Shown: one piece after another, positions 26,111-39,542 of the stretch
How the letters are laid out: the number at the start of each line of letters is the position of its first letter
Numbering within the stretch: the stretch's first letter is position 1
NCBI GenBank assembly: GCA_030141605.1
Contig: JAQGDQ010000032.1
Coordinates: 434,001-498,000, forward strand
Length of the DNA: 64,000 nt
Direction: 5' to 3'
Origin: Tubiluchus corallicola
Lineage: Eukaryota; Animalia; Priapulida
Program-made: the position numbers and the translations under genes
Notes under the pieces: generated by a model
Database searches by the model: none
Told to the model about the DNA's origin: nothing
What the model saw: the letters and a program-made list of their open reading frames with translations, nothing else

Positions 26111-28664
26111 AATTGCTCAAAAATTTGTTACTTGAAAGAGTTCACTGGAGAAAATGAAAAGGAAAATAAAGCCGCAAACGTACCAATTCAGCAGATAAGT
26201 TTTTAAAGAAAAGTTTTTAAGACAGGATGAAAGAAAGAGAGATTGCTCTAAATTTTATTTGAAAATATTTGTTGTTGTGCATTTGCATTCATTTAATGAC
26301 TATAATTATGTATATAACAGAAAATTTTAGCTATAAAGCCAAATTTTAGACGCTAAATTAAAAATGTCAAAATGCAAGCCATCACAGTTCGATAAATTCA
26401 TGGAAATTCTCCATTGCTTGATCAATTTGTGTTTCAAGTTTGGATTTTTTCTCCTCAGATAGGCGAATTTAAGAAGTTTTATCCCCATGCTCAAAATCAT
26501 ATAAGATGTAACAAACCATCTCTGCTCATGTATTCATTTCTCAAAATAGTTTCTTAGACAAAATGGTTGTCAAAGGATGATTTCTATCACTAAATTATTA
26601 CAAATTAATTATATTTTAGAATTATATTATCAATTGGGCTTAATTTTTCAAAAAACTTTTTAAACTTCCACCAAATGCACTATCATTGTGGGCAGCAAAG
26701 GCATTCCTGCTATGTTGGTGCTGGATAAAGTCAAGACAGATGGAATTCAGTTTAGTTTTGTGCAAACTTGTAAGATTCTGAAAGTGAAGTGGACAATTCA
26801 AGAAATAATTTGGTGGTAACAAAATGCAAGATAAGGCAAGATATGGGATTTTCAGCACAAATATTAAATTATTTTAATACAAAATTTAATAAAAAAGGGT
26901 CAAGGAATAATTCATTTTATTTGCTCAAACTCCAATCATTCTTTTTTCCATCTACGATCTTGCCAATCTGATCTTTCCCACACTTATATATATACATGTC
27001 AGGTTGTCCCTTACCTAATGCATCTTTGGCTTTGCCGTGAAAACCATAGCCTTTTTGTATTTGCAGTTTGAAGAACTTTAAAAGAAATTAAAAACTAATG
27101 TCCACTTTTAATAGTTAGTATGGTTTTCACACAAACAGAAACTTTACTAAATTTAGGTTATCATGAAAAAAATACTCAAGTGAACATCTGTTATTGCTGT
27201 GCCATGTTCAAGCAACTCTTCTGGCTTTAATAAAATTTAGCTAAATAAAACTTATATAGATAATCAGACATAAATATTATGAAAAAAATACCACAATTCA
27301 TCAGTACATAGGTATTCGTCACGCAAATTCGCAATGCATTTGAAGAATTAAAAAAACTGAACTAATTGTGCCTCTAGCAAGGATTCATGAACAAGCACTT
27401 ATACAGGTCAACAAGATTGCAAGTATACTCAAACAGTTTACAGGCCTAAACCATAATAACCATTCAGTAAATATTTTTAACAGTCTGGAACAACTAATTA
27501 ATGTTCTGATTAACTGATGTCAATTAATTGAAAATTCGACTATCTTTTTTATTCAGAAGGGCTCAAGTTCTCTAACCTCACGACCCGTCTCATACAGAGT
27601 TGCTATCTCAATCACTAAGCGACCTAACTAATATATGGTGCCAAACATCTATAAACTGAAACCAAATATTTTGGAGAACTTTTTATAACAAAAGCAATCA
27701 AACTTTAAACGTGCATGATGCTGAAATCGTTAAGTCAATGTCATTCCTGTTTGCAGGAAAAGGGCTTGCAAATTGTAACGCCGGGTCATCAAACTGATGC
27801 AAGCACTCCTGTAGCGTCATTCACTAAATAACAAGACGGGAGTAACTAAGATGCTGTCATGCTGCTAGTCTGCTACCCCTGAATTTGGTCAAACAGGCCT
27901 AACGCAAAAATAATGGCGAAATTACGACCAAGTGTTAAATCAACCAAATCTTACCTTTTATGTTGTTTGACATTCTGCGAACATGTCAGAATCGTTGGTG
28001 GTTCTATTTGTTAAACTTTCACATAAAATTGAACACATACGATAGCATGAAGAATAAAACCCAGGAACAAATTCAGCGCTAAAGAAACTCTTACGCTTGC
28101 TAGGGTCATTCACCTACCAACTAACCTACGCTAGATGGCGGGCGTGTTTCACAACTTCCGGTCAGCGCCACAGTCAGTTTTGTGGCAATTTTATGAATTA
28201 TTGAGATTAATCTAGCCATTGCCATTGAGTTTTTATAATATAGCCAACCATTGTAATTATCATGTTGCTTGACAATAATTACCATTTATTACCAAGTTTG
28301 CATGTATATCTTTGTTTAATTTGTTTAATCTTATTACTATAAAAATGGTAAAAGTCAATTCAAACGAGATAGCTTTTAATTGCAAGCCCAAAATTAATGG
28401 TACTTTTACAACTGCCATCAAATCATTTTATAATGAAAGCAAAAATGTCTGCAAAATGATATTAATTTTTTCTAACTCACCGTGATTTCAATTTTGTTAA
28501 TGGACAACCCTCCAGAAAATAAAGTACCAAAGTAATTTATTTTACCTCGCAAGCGTTATTTTAATGACTGTGATACACAGACTAGCCACCAACCAACTGG
28601 TGACTAGCCCAAATGGATATTTAGAACAATTATTATTAGCAAAGTTCGCTCAAGTTGCCAAATA

Positions 28665-29119
28665 CCGTATTTTCCCGTGTATAAGAGACCCTTGTGTATA
28701 AGAGACCCCTTCAATTTTTAGGCAAAAATTCTGGAAAAAAGTTTTTTCAGACGGACATTTTTAGAGGGTAGAGTACAACTTTTTTCAACTCAGTGCGGTA
28801 CTGAAAACAAAATAAAACCAGTTAATGTGTTGTAGAAAAAGAGTACTCGTATATATTAAAGTGCGTACCTGCAAACCTGTAACAGGAAAAGAGAAAACGA
28901 GGAGATAATGCCTGTGTCACGATGCTTGTATTGCTTACAACCGCTTCATAGTCGAACGCGACATGCAAAACAGTTGTAGAGCACTTATTTCTTTAAAATC
29001 ATTAGTGTCACAATTTATGCATCTTATTGAAAAGACTTACTCCCATGTATAAGAGACCCCTGATTTTTAAAGTGAAAATTCTGAGCAAAAAAGGGTCTCT
29101 TATACACGGGAAAATACGG
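28665..29119. mobile_element. Tc1/mariner superfamily (Tc2/pogo-like) MITE, 455 bp
   Basis: Perfect 29-bp TIR CCGTATTTTCCCGTGTATAAGAGACCCTT, TA TSD at 28663-28664 and 29120-29121, and internal repeats of GTATAAGAGACCC. Confidence 0.93.
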
Positions 29120-29922
29120 TACTCAGATTTCACTGCACTAACAAAATTACATTATTTACAATATAAGAGAAGAAACATGTATATATACTCATTTACAATG
29201 TAAATAACCAATTGTAATGTTTAAAACATTTGAGTCTGTAATCGAACACCATCGGAATCCCTATGCAGGAAATAATTAAAATATTAAAAAAGCATTACCT
29301 TACAATAACTCTATGACACTTGGTCAAAGAGTAGTCATGTTTTGCACAATAAACCAAACCAAAATATTTACAACACTTGTATCACTATCTATAAAAATGA
29401 ATAGTAAACAAATACAATGCAGTAGTAGTTTGTGCTTTTAATGAATTATAAGCTAGAAGATATACAGTTCGGCATTAACTCTCTTATGTTAATATCACTG
29501 TATTCACGTAAGTATATGTCAAATATATGTAATGTCTATGTGCCTTTTGCCACTATTTTGTTGCTAAGTTATATGACAATTCCTTTATCTACAAATATTG
29601 TAATTTGTATGACATCTACTGTAATAATTGCCATTGGGTAATTGTTGTTGTATCTAAAGACTCTTTTGATGTACATCATTTTATTAGCTCAGGTGCTCTA
29701 GACAAATGAGTCTCAAACAATGTTAGTTCATTAAAACTGACAACGCGAATCACTGAACTGCAAGATTTTTACTACTACGGCTACGACTGTACTAACTGTA
29801 CAGGAACAATAACATGAAATTCACAATATTACTTTTAGTTCACTTGACTAACCCATATGTAGCCTCACATGCTATGCAAAGCAATTTCACAGTAAGTCTA
29901 AAAAGTAAACGATGCTAGGAAT

Positions 29923-30734
29923 TCAGCCACTTTCCGAACCGCTGCCTTTGCCTTCTAAACCACCACTTTCACTGCCACTCCGCTCAACAATTTCTCCTTC
30001 TTCTTCTTCACTGTCTTCCACAACTCTTGCAACTTTCTTTTTCTTTGGTCCATCAGATGCTGAGGATTTTCTTTTGTTGCCTACATTCTAATAATACAAA
30101 AAAACATTGATCTTAAAGCATCAACAAACTTAACTAGATTATGTAATAAAGTATATTGATGAATTTCATTATGACAGAAAAGTTTAGTATAGCTTTAACT
30201 TATTCTAAAAAATGGCTAGGTTCAGTTCACTGTATCAATTACAGGTTTTCCTGGTTTTGCTAATAGATGTCACTCCAACCATATGGCTACATAAAATATG
30301 CAGTATATATTTTTCTTATTTTTGGGTTACTCTTGCGTATAACTACATAGAGCGGTTCATTTCACCATGTTGTCGTTTTCATTTTCGTTTTCGTTGTCGT
30401 CATGCAATACAAAACTCTGCCATTTACTGATTGAGAGGCAATTAAATTTTCTGAATATTTGGATCAATGACAACTGTAAACGTAATTACAATATATATTA
30501 ACAGCTAGCTTGTTACCATCATTTCAGTCGAGCTTTTTATATTGCCTTGATCATCATGCCCTCGAGCACAGCTAAATGACATTCGTTTTCGAAAAATTTA
30601 TATCAGCTTGAGATATGACCAACTTTTTTGAGCAGATGACATCGATAATGGCATAATAGTGAGTTCAAATTACATGCATTATTAATACTCTAATAATGAA
30701 TTTCACATGGCAAAGCTAAATAGGCAAAGACCAA

Positions 30735-30782
<48 letters not shown>

Positions 30783-30801
30783 AGGGAGGGAGGGAGGGAG
30801 G

Positions 30802-30846
<45 letters not shown>

Positions 30847-31327
30847 AATGAGAGTGAGTGAGTAAGGAGGGAGAGAGAATGGAGACAGGTAGAGGGAAGG
30901 AAGTGAAAGGAGAAAGGAAGATAAGGGAGAGAAAGGAGAAAGGAAGAAAGAGAGAGGAAGAAAGAGAGAGTCAGTGAGAAGAGAGTAAGAGAAATTTTTA
31001 TCACAAATTTTTGATCAAAGCACATAAATTTTATTTGTTAAGTATTTCTACACTAGCTACAGATAAATTTACAGTTATATTACTGTTTATTTGCAGGCAG
31101 ACAGCCAGATGCTGCAAAACCACAAAACCTTGCAAGCTTTGCCCCACATAGGTAGACTGTTCGCCCTCACTACATGCATGTAGGATTATGTTTAGTAGCA
31201 GAGGTAGTCATTTTGATGGTTTCATTTGGACGCATTTGTCTTGAACAGTGTTGTTATTTTAACATTACGCTGAGGATTACTCAATTTTATTATAATGAAT
31301 GAGCCATTTTAATGACAAAATAAAGAA

Positions 31328-31361
<34 letters not shown>

Positions 31362-34300
31362 CATTTACACTTATAGAATGACCGGCATAAAATTAGTGGC
31401 CCAAACAAAATCAATAACAGATCCCAGAAATGAATTTGAAACCCAAATTTGAAACAAAATTAACCTATAGAATACGTGTCAGACAATGGCAAAAAATAAG
31501 GAAAATTGTCTGTAATTTTATACAAACTGTATACTTATTGCATAAGCATAATTTTAAATGAATACTTGGCTATTACTGAAACCCCTCCCCATATGTTTAC
31601 ATTATTTACACTAAGTATATGCATGCATTACCATACTCAAAGAAAAATAGAAGTGGACCTATACTTACTGAGTCACCGGAATCACCTTCTTCACTATCAG
31701 AAGAATAAATCTGTGGTCTTGGTTCTAAAAATAGTATACATTTAAAATGTAACACACATCATTATATTTAGCACACATCAGAGAAAATAAATGTAACTGC
31801 TTAAGCTGTAAATGGAGCAACAACCATGAAACATTTACAAATACGTACAACTGACTCTCGAAGTGCAGCACTTAAATTTCACTGGAAAAAGAAGAAGAAT
31901 GGTCTCATGCCTAAAAGTATATGGATAGATGGGTACAGCGTCTATATTTATAATCTTGGCACACAAGGTTAACCCACTGCTCGGCTGCCTTTCTTCCACT
32001 CATAGATGTCTAGTTGCATAAATGCAATGAACTTAACAAACTTAGATAAACTTTTAAATTTAAGAGGTTGCACTTTATGAAAAGCTTCGTGAATGCTGAT
32101 ATAAATTTAGAATGCATATTACCAATTTAAAACTTAAATGAAAAACCAAACAAGTTTCTTTTAAATTGACAAATAACTACATTACCCTTTTTCTTTTGCT
32201 TGTATTTGTCTTTAATTGCCGAGATAGAGATGGCATTATCTTCGTCTTCTTCTTCTTCATCATACTCTCGATCTGGTTCCAAGTAAGACGCACTAAGACC
32301 ACGAGAGTGAGCCTTTTCTTTCATTCTACGCTGCTGATTCTCACGGCGAATTGACGCTCGTAATCTCTCCTCCTCTTTCTAAAAATTGTTAGAAAGCAAT
32401 TTATAAGTAATGCAAAAACAGAAATACAAATGGACTTGTGGACCAAAGGCAAGTGTTAGTAGTAAACTTTCGTCACTGCCATCTTGCACAAAAATCTTTG
32501 TCTTGGAAAGCACATTATCATGGCTAGTGAAAGATATTAACAAATTTAATATTTTTTTCTGAAATCACTGTAGCTTTCATTTAAATTTTCCCAGAGGTTG
32601 ACCAATTTACATTACCCTACAAATTCCTGACACTATACATATTCTCTTTCAACTTCAAGTCATTAATTACAAGCTCAACACCTACTCTAATTTACATGCG
32701 CCAGTAATATAAGCTACAAAGCACCTTTATCATTTCATTTCGTTTCGACTCCGGATCGATTCCTGCAATAGGCACAATTTTTATTTTCTGTGTTTTAGAA
32801 CAACGATCAGCTAGTGACATCGTCATCTTTCTGTGTGTAGCACTATCTGTAGAATGAGGCCTATAAAAAAGACAGCAGGTTAGCAATTAACCAAGCACAA
32901 AGAAATGTAATTAATAAGTCAAATTTTGGTCAATAAATTGTTGGTAAAGCAGTCTGGAGTCTACATGTTCATGAAAATAGAAATTCTATGAGGGTGCCTA
33001 GATAGGCAAAAATTATTTGGCTAGAAATTAGAGACAGACGGACAAATTAAAAGTCTCATTCTTCACATACCTAAAACTTAACTTCGTTTTGAATATACCT
33101 TGACCCTGCAAACCAGTTCCTTGACGGATAAAAAGATGATGGTGGTCACCTTGGATAGGCGTCATGTGAATGTCAAAAACTTCTGCTCCAAGATGTAGCG
33201 ACATGCTACAATGTATTTCAAATAATGAGAATATTACAAAAGTTACATTTACTTAGTCCAAAAAACATTTCTAATATAACAGCTGCACCAAATTCGTAAA
33301 CAATGACTACACACATTTCACTTCTTTATAAGGCAACCTAAAATTTATTTCATGTAATGAGAATACAGTAGGCGGCACTTAATAGACTCACTTTGGGACC
33401 GACGTGTTTTGGCCCAATTAACCGACTGAACCTATTAACCGATGGGTGTAGTATTACAGGTATAAAAGTATGAGTCATCAGTTTACTATGCACTGCTAAG
33501 GTTTTTAATGAACTTTAGAAATGAAGTAATGCCTAAATTCCTTGCACAGTTAAAAACTAGAAAAAATATTTTAAAATATTAATTTATATAAGTGAATTAG
33601 CAGTAAATTAAAAAAATATACTTTTCTAAATCACAAACATTTCTAAGTCTGTTTATTTGCAAAAATTACAAAAATTCCTTCAAAGTCGGCTGCTTTATTT
33701 TCTCGCGAAAAAGTTGGCCCACAAAGTTCTCGTAATTATAAAAACGTTGAAAATATGTGGCTGTGCGTGACTAAAACAGTTCTGAATCATCTGCTCACTT
33801 ACATTGGTCTTATTTCCTGTACGATGTTTACTCTTGTAAAGTCACAAGGAATACCTGCTGATTGCTGTACCTGCATCTTTGACTGTTAACTCATTAAGCC
33901 TGAAAGCGTGATTTGCAATGAGAGCATCAAACAGAAACCGCTTGGCAAGTGACGAAATGTTTAGCTTTCTGAAATTCTTTGGGCAACTGTGAGCAAGCGG
34001 GTAACAGATTCAAAGCAAAACCGCTATGCTAGTATATTAGCGCATGATAAATATACCTGCCTACAAAAAATGGTACTTAACATGATTGTTTCTATATAGT
34101 GCACAAAAGGGATATAAAGGTGACATAAAAGTAGGAAAGGCTCTTTGGGCACATACAAAAGCCTTATATTAAGTACGAGAAGGAAAAATATTGAGTCAAT
34201 CACCGATAGTTTTTATGTACATTTGAATAGAAGCAGCCCGTTCCAGGCGTTTTTGCGTCAATTAAGCGATTGCATCTATTAACCGTGAGTCTATTAAGCG

Positions 34301-37300
34301 GCACCTACTGTATTACAAAAGTTACATCTACTTTGTCCAAAAGCATTTTTAATATAACAGAATATCAAATTATGCTACACCTAATTCGTAAACACGACTA
34401 CACACATTTCACTTCTTTATAAGGTGACCGACACTCCTTTGGCATTTATTAGAAAATGAGAAAAACTGCTTTGAAGAACTTTATATACACACTAAAATAA
34501 ATGTATTAACAGAATTTTATTCATAACAGAAGTTAAATTATATGAAATTAGATATTACTAAAACACACAATCGTTTATAATGCTAAAATGCAACCACTTC
34601 CTTCTGAGTATAGCTTGTTTTCAGAACCAGCATAACTTACCATAGCACAACAACAATAAAGTACACACAGATATATAACATAACTGAAAGTTCTAGCGTA
34701 CCTCCCATCAGACCATCTAACAATTCTAGTATTGCTGTCCTTTACAATATTTCCATCCTCGTCAACTGCATTCCTCCAGCGAATTGTGTTTTCCACCTGA
34801 AATTAAATTCTAAGTGTTATGAGAGATATAGGAGTTATTATCAAGCAGGATCATTTAAAGTAACAGAAACATTAATAAAGATTAGCTGCTTTTTCTTTTA
34901 TTGACTTAGTCCAGAGTGATCAGACGTGTGCATTAGTGAAATGGCCAATTAATTGTTAACTTTGCACATATTATTACACACGAAGAAAAAGTATAATTAT
35001 ATCAATTACCATCAGGTGACCAGCAATGAAGACCTATAGCCTCAAGAAGCAGCTTTGGTTTGGTTGTTTTGATTTCAGAAAAAGGTCGTCTAATATCACA
35101 AATCAAGACAAACTTAGGACAAAGACTCACACCTTGAGTTTCAATCTAGCTCGACCTTCTTCATCTAAAACTTCGTCTTCATCAATTTCGTCCTCGTAGG
35201 TAAGTGGTTCAAATGGTCGAACATCTATGCTCAGAAAATTGGGCAACTTAACAAAGTGCATTTGGCGTCCAAGATCGGTACTAATTTTTGGCATTTCCAC
35301 CTCAATTTTGGTCTCTTTTTCTTCATCCAGTTCTTCTTGTTGGTCTTCTTCTCCCTCAGCATCCTGAAAAGAATTAAAATTTTAAAAAACATAGTATAAC
35401 ACTGCCAATCTGCCATAAACTTACCAACAGTTACTTTATTTATAATTATGCATGTCCTTGATAAAAATTCTTGCGCTTTCAGTAAAAATGACTTTTGTGT
35501 CTAAATAGGATTGGAATTCGTTCAAGAAAACTGAAGTATTCTAAGAAGCTGGTATGGGTACAAAGTGCAGAAGCAGGGCAGAAACCAGGGAAAGCAATAA
35601 TATTACTTTTGCAAGTACAATTTACCCCGACCATCTGTGCAATAAACCTTGTAGTTGCTGTAGGTCAAAGGTTAAGTGTATCACAGCAGCGCATGATAAC
35701 TACAACCGTCACGTGACATGCGGGTAATGCAAAGCCATCTGCTGCATCAGTTCAGTAACTTCAGTTGTTTTATGTGGATTTTACCTAGTTGTGCATTAGT
35801 CTGTGCATAGAGTGATTTACTAACAGGATCTTGGTTGGAAACAAGAAGAAATATACTAGGTAAGGTTCTAGCTGGCCATTCTGCGAGGCGTTGTCAAGTG
35901 TACACAAATGCGTCGTCCGGGACATTTAAACTTTGACCTTTTCACGATCATCATCAATCGCTGGAACTGTTAGAAAAATGTATTGTTACAGAGCGTGGGA
36001 AAAATGTTTCATCATGACTTGACTAATTAAGCGTTAAAATTCAAAAGACGATGTCTAAGAAAAAAAGCAAGAAAAGAAAGTCTATATAGAAAAATCAAAC
36101 CAAAATTATGAAGCTTATTAACATTGTTAATTTTTTATTCCTTAGGGGTATGAAAGTATCAACCATATAATGTGTAATGTTTACACACATTTTTTTCTTG
36201 CCATTATTTTTAAGATTACGGATACGCATAATAGCGTAAACCTTCCCTTAAACATAAAACACACTTTTTTATATACCATTTTCTCTGTTTCTTCTAAGCC
36301 TTCTTGTACTTGCCCTTCATCTTCAGAGCTAATGTCGCCTACATCACCAAACATCGCAGTATGTTTAACATCGTTTGGTGCGCTGATATCAACCATTTCA
36401 CTATCAGCATCACTGTCACTACCAAACAAGGCTTTTGCTTTTGTTTGTTTTGCTGCACCTAAATCACAGGAAATTTACATCAATAATTTTATGCTAAATA
36501 AAATTATTTGAGTAACTGCCTCACTTGTCATCAACCTTCAGAACTTTTGACATATTTAGTAAAATATTATTAATCTGATTACGCATACAGTCATACAGTC
36601 AGCATATTATAAGTGAACTGCTAGATTTGCTGACAGTTATGAACTGTTGTTTAATTTATTGAAAATAAACAATAATATACCAAATGTTGTGTTTGCCTGG
36701 ATGAGTTGTTGCCAATGATCTTACAATGAACCATAAAATTTAAACAACTCAAGCAGAAGCTTAAAAAGCTGTTACAGAAGTACCTCATCAATTTTTTTCA
36801 TTACATCATATAAATCACTTAACAGAAAGTGTTTTGGTGACTCTGCTTCTCTAACACTTCACTGTCTAATTGACACCATAACATTATCACGATAAGCAGG
36901 TTACAGTACATCATATAGCAACTAGAGCTGGATATTAGCTTGCAGAGTTCCACACAGTGTATGAAACTACCATGTACATTAGAGGACAAGAAAGGGGTAC
37001 CTGAAGTAGGTTTCAGAAAAATCGCCTTAAAAATGATACTATTTTATAACAATTTTATGCATATATCATACTCGCCTTGAAAGGATTTTTGTTTGTTTTT
37101 ATTTTAAAATCTGCCGCAATGCTGTTCCAACTGCACCATTACATGACGTCATATATGCAACGTAAATAGGGAATGGAAAGGAGATGTTAAAGTATATTCC
37201 AAAAAATTTTCCATGCAAATTCAATTTATTATAACTGCTTGTTACTTATGTAACTTACTTGTTGGTGCTGTATCGCTTTCATCCGAGTGATCACTTCTTG

Positions 37301-39542
37301 TTGGAGAAGGTGATTTGGATCTTGACCTAGACCGAGAAAGAGCCTTTACGGGAGAAACAGAGCGAGATCTGGAACGTGACCGCGACTGTGATCGTGACGC
37401 AGATCTTGATCTTGAAGAATCTTTTCGTGGTGAAGCAGATCTTGATCTTACTGGAGAACCAGATGGGGATCTTGACCTTGAACGTGACTGGAGCCGTGGA
37501 GAACTAGATGGTGATCCTGACCTGGACCTACAGGCACAAATTTAGTCAATCACCAACAAGAACTCTTGTGCATGTACCAAAAATACAGTCACAATAGCGC
37601 TTAAAATGGATCATCAAACTTAAAAAAGTTTATCAACATTCTGATTTTCAACATCCATAAGCAGGGGTAGCAGTTTTCAAGCTGCATAGAAAAATATATG
37701 TTAAGAACATCGAGCACAACTTCTTTTTTAACAATGATGACGAAAACAACGTGGAGTAGTGCAGTAGTTCAGTGACAGCTAAATGCTAATGTAAACACCA
37801 AACATTCCGACTGCTCGTGTCTTACCACGGATGAAATTCATCAAAATTTAACTTCAATTACATACTGTCCTAAGTTATGTTGGACAAAAAGTGGTATCAC
37901 ACAAGCAAGTAAGCAGCCTGTACCTTATACACAGTTACAGTGTGGTGCCTTCACTTCATGACTAACTATTCTTATTACATTAAGCATTGTAATACACATT
38001 GGCTAATCGAAACAGCATTTAAATGACTTGACAAAAAGGCTTTGAGGGCAATAAAAATGTAGCAAGTTCACCTCTGATCAGCAGAATCAGTTCTACTTTG
38101 AGGAGACCTTTTTGATTTACGAGGAGAACCTGATCCACTTTGTGGCGATCCTGGGGCAGATCCAGCTCCACTTAGTGGTGATCCTTGCGGCGATTCCGCG
38201 CCGCTCCGAGGCGATCGATGTGCAGATTCATCTCCACTTTGTGGTGATCCTCTCTCACTCTGAGGTGATCTGTGCGGAGATTCTCCAGGAGAACCAACTT
38301 CACTAAGAGGTGAACCTTGTGGGGTATGTGCTTGAACTTCAATTTCTTCTTGCTGTGACTCATTTTCAGACCCTATTAACAAAAATTTTCATATTATACC
38401 ATCAGTTTGCAAAAGATCAACCTCAAACATTTGAAAGTGAGTTTCAAATAATTTTGTACATTACACAATCTGTTCATTTGTACAAGTCTGAAAACTTCTA
38501 AAAAATCAATTATGACATTGGTGACGTTAGTTGAGATAGAAAGTTTTTAAACAAATTTTGAAAATCATTTTCAAGTCTTGCTAATACAGTTAAGCCCTCA
38601 CTCAACGATATCTCATTAAGCAGCGATTTGTTTCATTAATATCGTTTAATTTTGCCATCCATTTTCTTACTTAACGACAAACGTTTTGTTTTAAGTAATT
38701 TTTGTTGAACATTTTTGGTCTTGCTTAAGGTTTTCAAAATGCCACTAGTTAGTACGATAACGTAAACCTGTAACATAAATACATTCTAAAACCCAGCCAG
38801 TGTGATGCAGACATGCAGGGTCCTTTAAAATTGGAATTAGTATTGTACTTACATCTTACACATTGCCATTTGCTCTGATCTGTTTACAATGTAAAAAATG
38901 AAAAAAGAGAGAATCCGAGCAGTAGCAATTTACAAGCAAATACCAGAATACACAGTCGGAAATAAAAATGAGAAAATTTTTGATTTAGACGAGCCAGTTG
39001 TTATTTAATTTTTGAGAAATGCCACTGGAACACAATTGACTGATTTATTAAGAAGAAATTCACTGATAATGTTCCACAAAAATAGGGCTTCATTTAACTA
39101 GACATACTTACACTTTAAAATTGTATTTTGTTGAAACGCATTACTGTTGCTAAGCAAATGAACAGGATTAATTGTTACAGTTTAATTTGTTGTTATCCCA
39201 GGACCTTTGTTTACCTAGACTATCTCTCTGTTCTGGAGACCCTGCCATTGAACCAGAGCCTCTACTTCTATGTGATCCTGACTGTTCACTTATTGGACTA
39301 GCAGGCTCTGATCCTGAACCAGCACCTTTATGGGATCCAGACCCTCCACTTGCGGGTGAAACATTGCCGCCTGGTGATCTTGCATTGGATCCAGAACTTG
39401 CACTAGCTGGTGGAGAGTATGAAGGTGATTCTCCAGCATCGCTGTTTGAATGTGTTGGTGATCCAGCACCACCTGGAGATCCAGCAGAGCCATCACTGTA
39501 GGGAGAAGAGGCGCCTGAACCTCCACTTTTTGGTGAAGACAT
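29923..39542 (-). CDS. LEO1: RNA polymerase-associated protein LEO1 (PAF1 complex), ~696 aa
   Basis: Phase-consistent GT-AG exons: 39542-39215, 38372-38072, 37527-37259, 36458-36277, 35363-35133, 34796-34702, 33205-33071, 32860-32725, 32378-32186, 31724-31669, 30087-29923. Leo1-domain sequence includes [18 protein letters not shown]...[20 protein letters not shown]...[20 protein letters not shown]...[20 protein letters not shown]...[18 protein letters not shown]...[10 protein letters not shown]...IYSSDSEEG. The start ATG is inferred. Confidence 0.96.
30738..30992. repeat. (GA)n/(GGGA)n polypurine tract in the last LEO1 intron
   Basis: Directly visible. Confidence 0.95.
31329..31358. repeat. 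(AT)n microsatellite
   Basis: Directly visible. Confidence 0.9.
33366..34310. mobile_element. Tigger/pogo-like MITE (945 bp) in a LEO1 intron
   Basis: 26-bp TIRs CAGTAGGCGGCACTTAATAGACTCAC / CAGTAGGTGCCGCTTAATAGACTCAC (3 mismatches) and a TA TSD; the empty site is preserved in the adjacent duplicated segment. Confidence 0.9.
38585..39067. mobile_element. Old Tigger-like MITE remnant in a LEO1 intron
   Basis: Left end TACAGTTAAGCCCTCACTCAACG and degenerate right end TTATTAAGAAGAAATTCACTGATA. Confidence 0.35.

Noticed and set aside
30517-30561. Extra LEO1 exon candidate
   Set aside because: It has a stop in the required phase, and exon 31724-31669 joins 30087 cleanly.
37315-39501. Plus-strand DLDL/DPEP-rich ORFs
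   Set aside because: Antisense shadows of the LEO1 RS/GSP exons.
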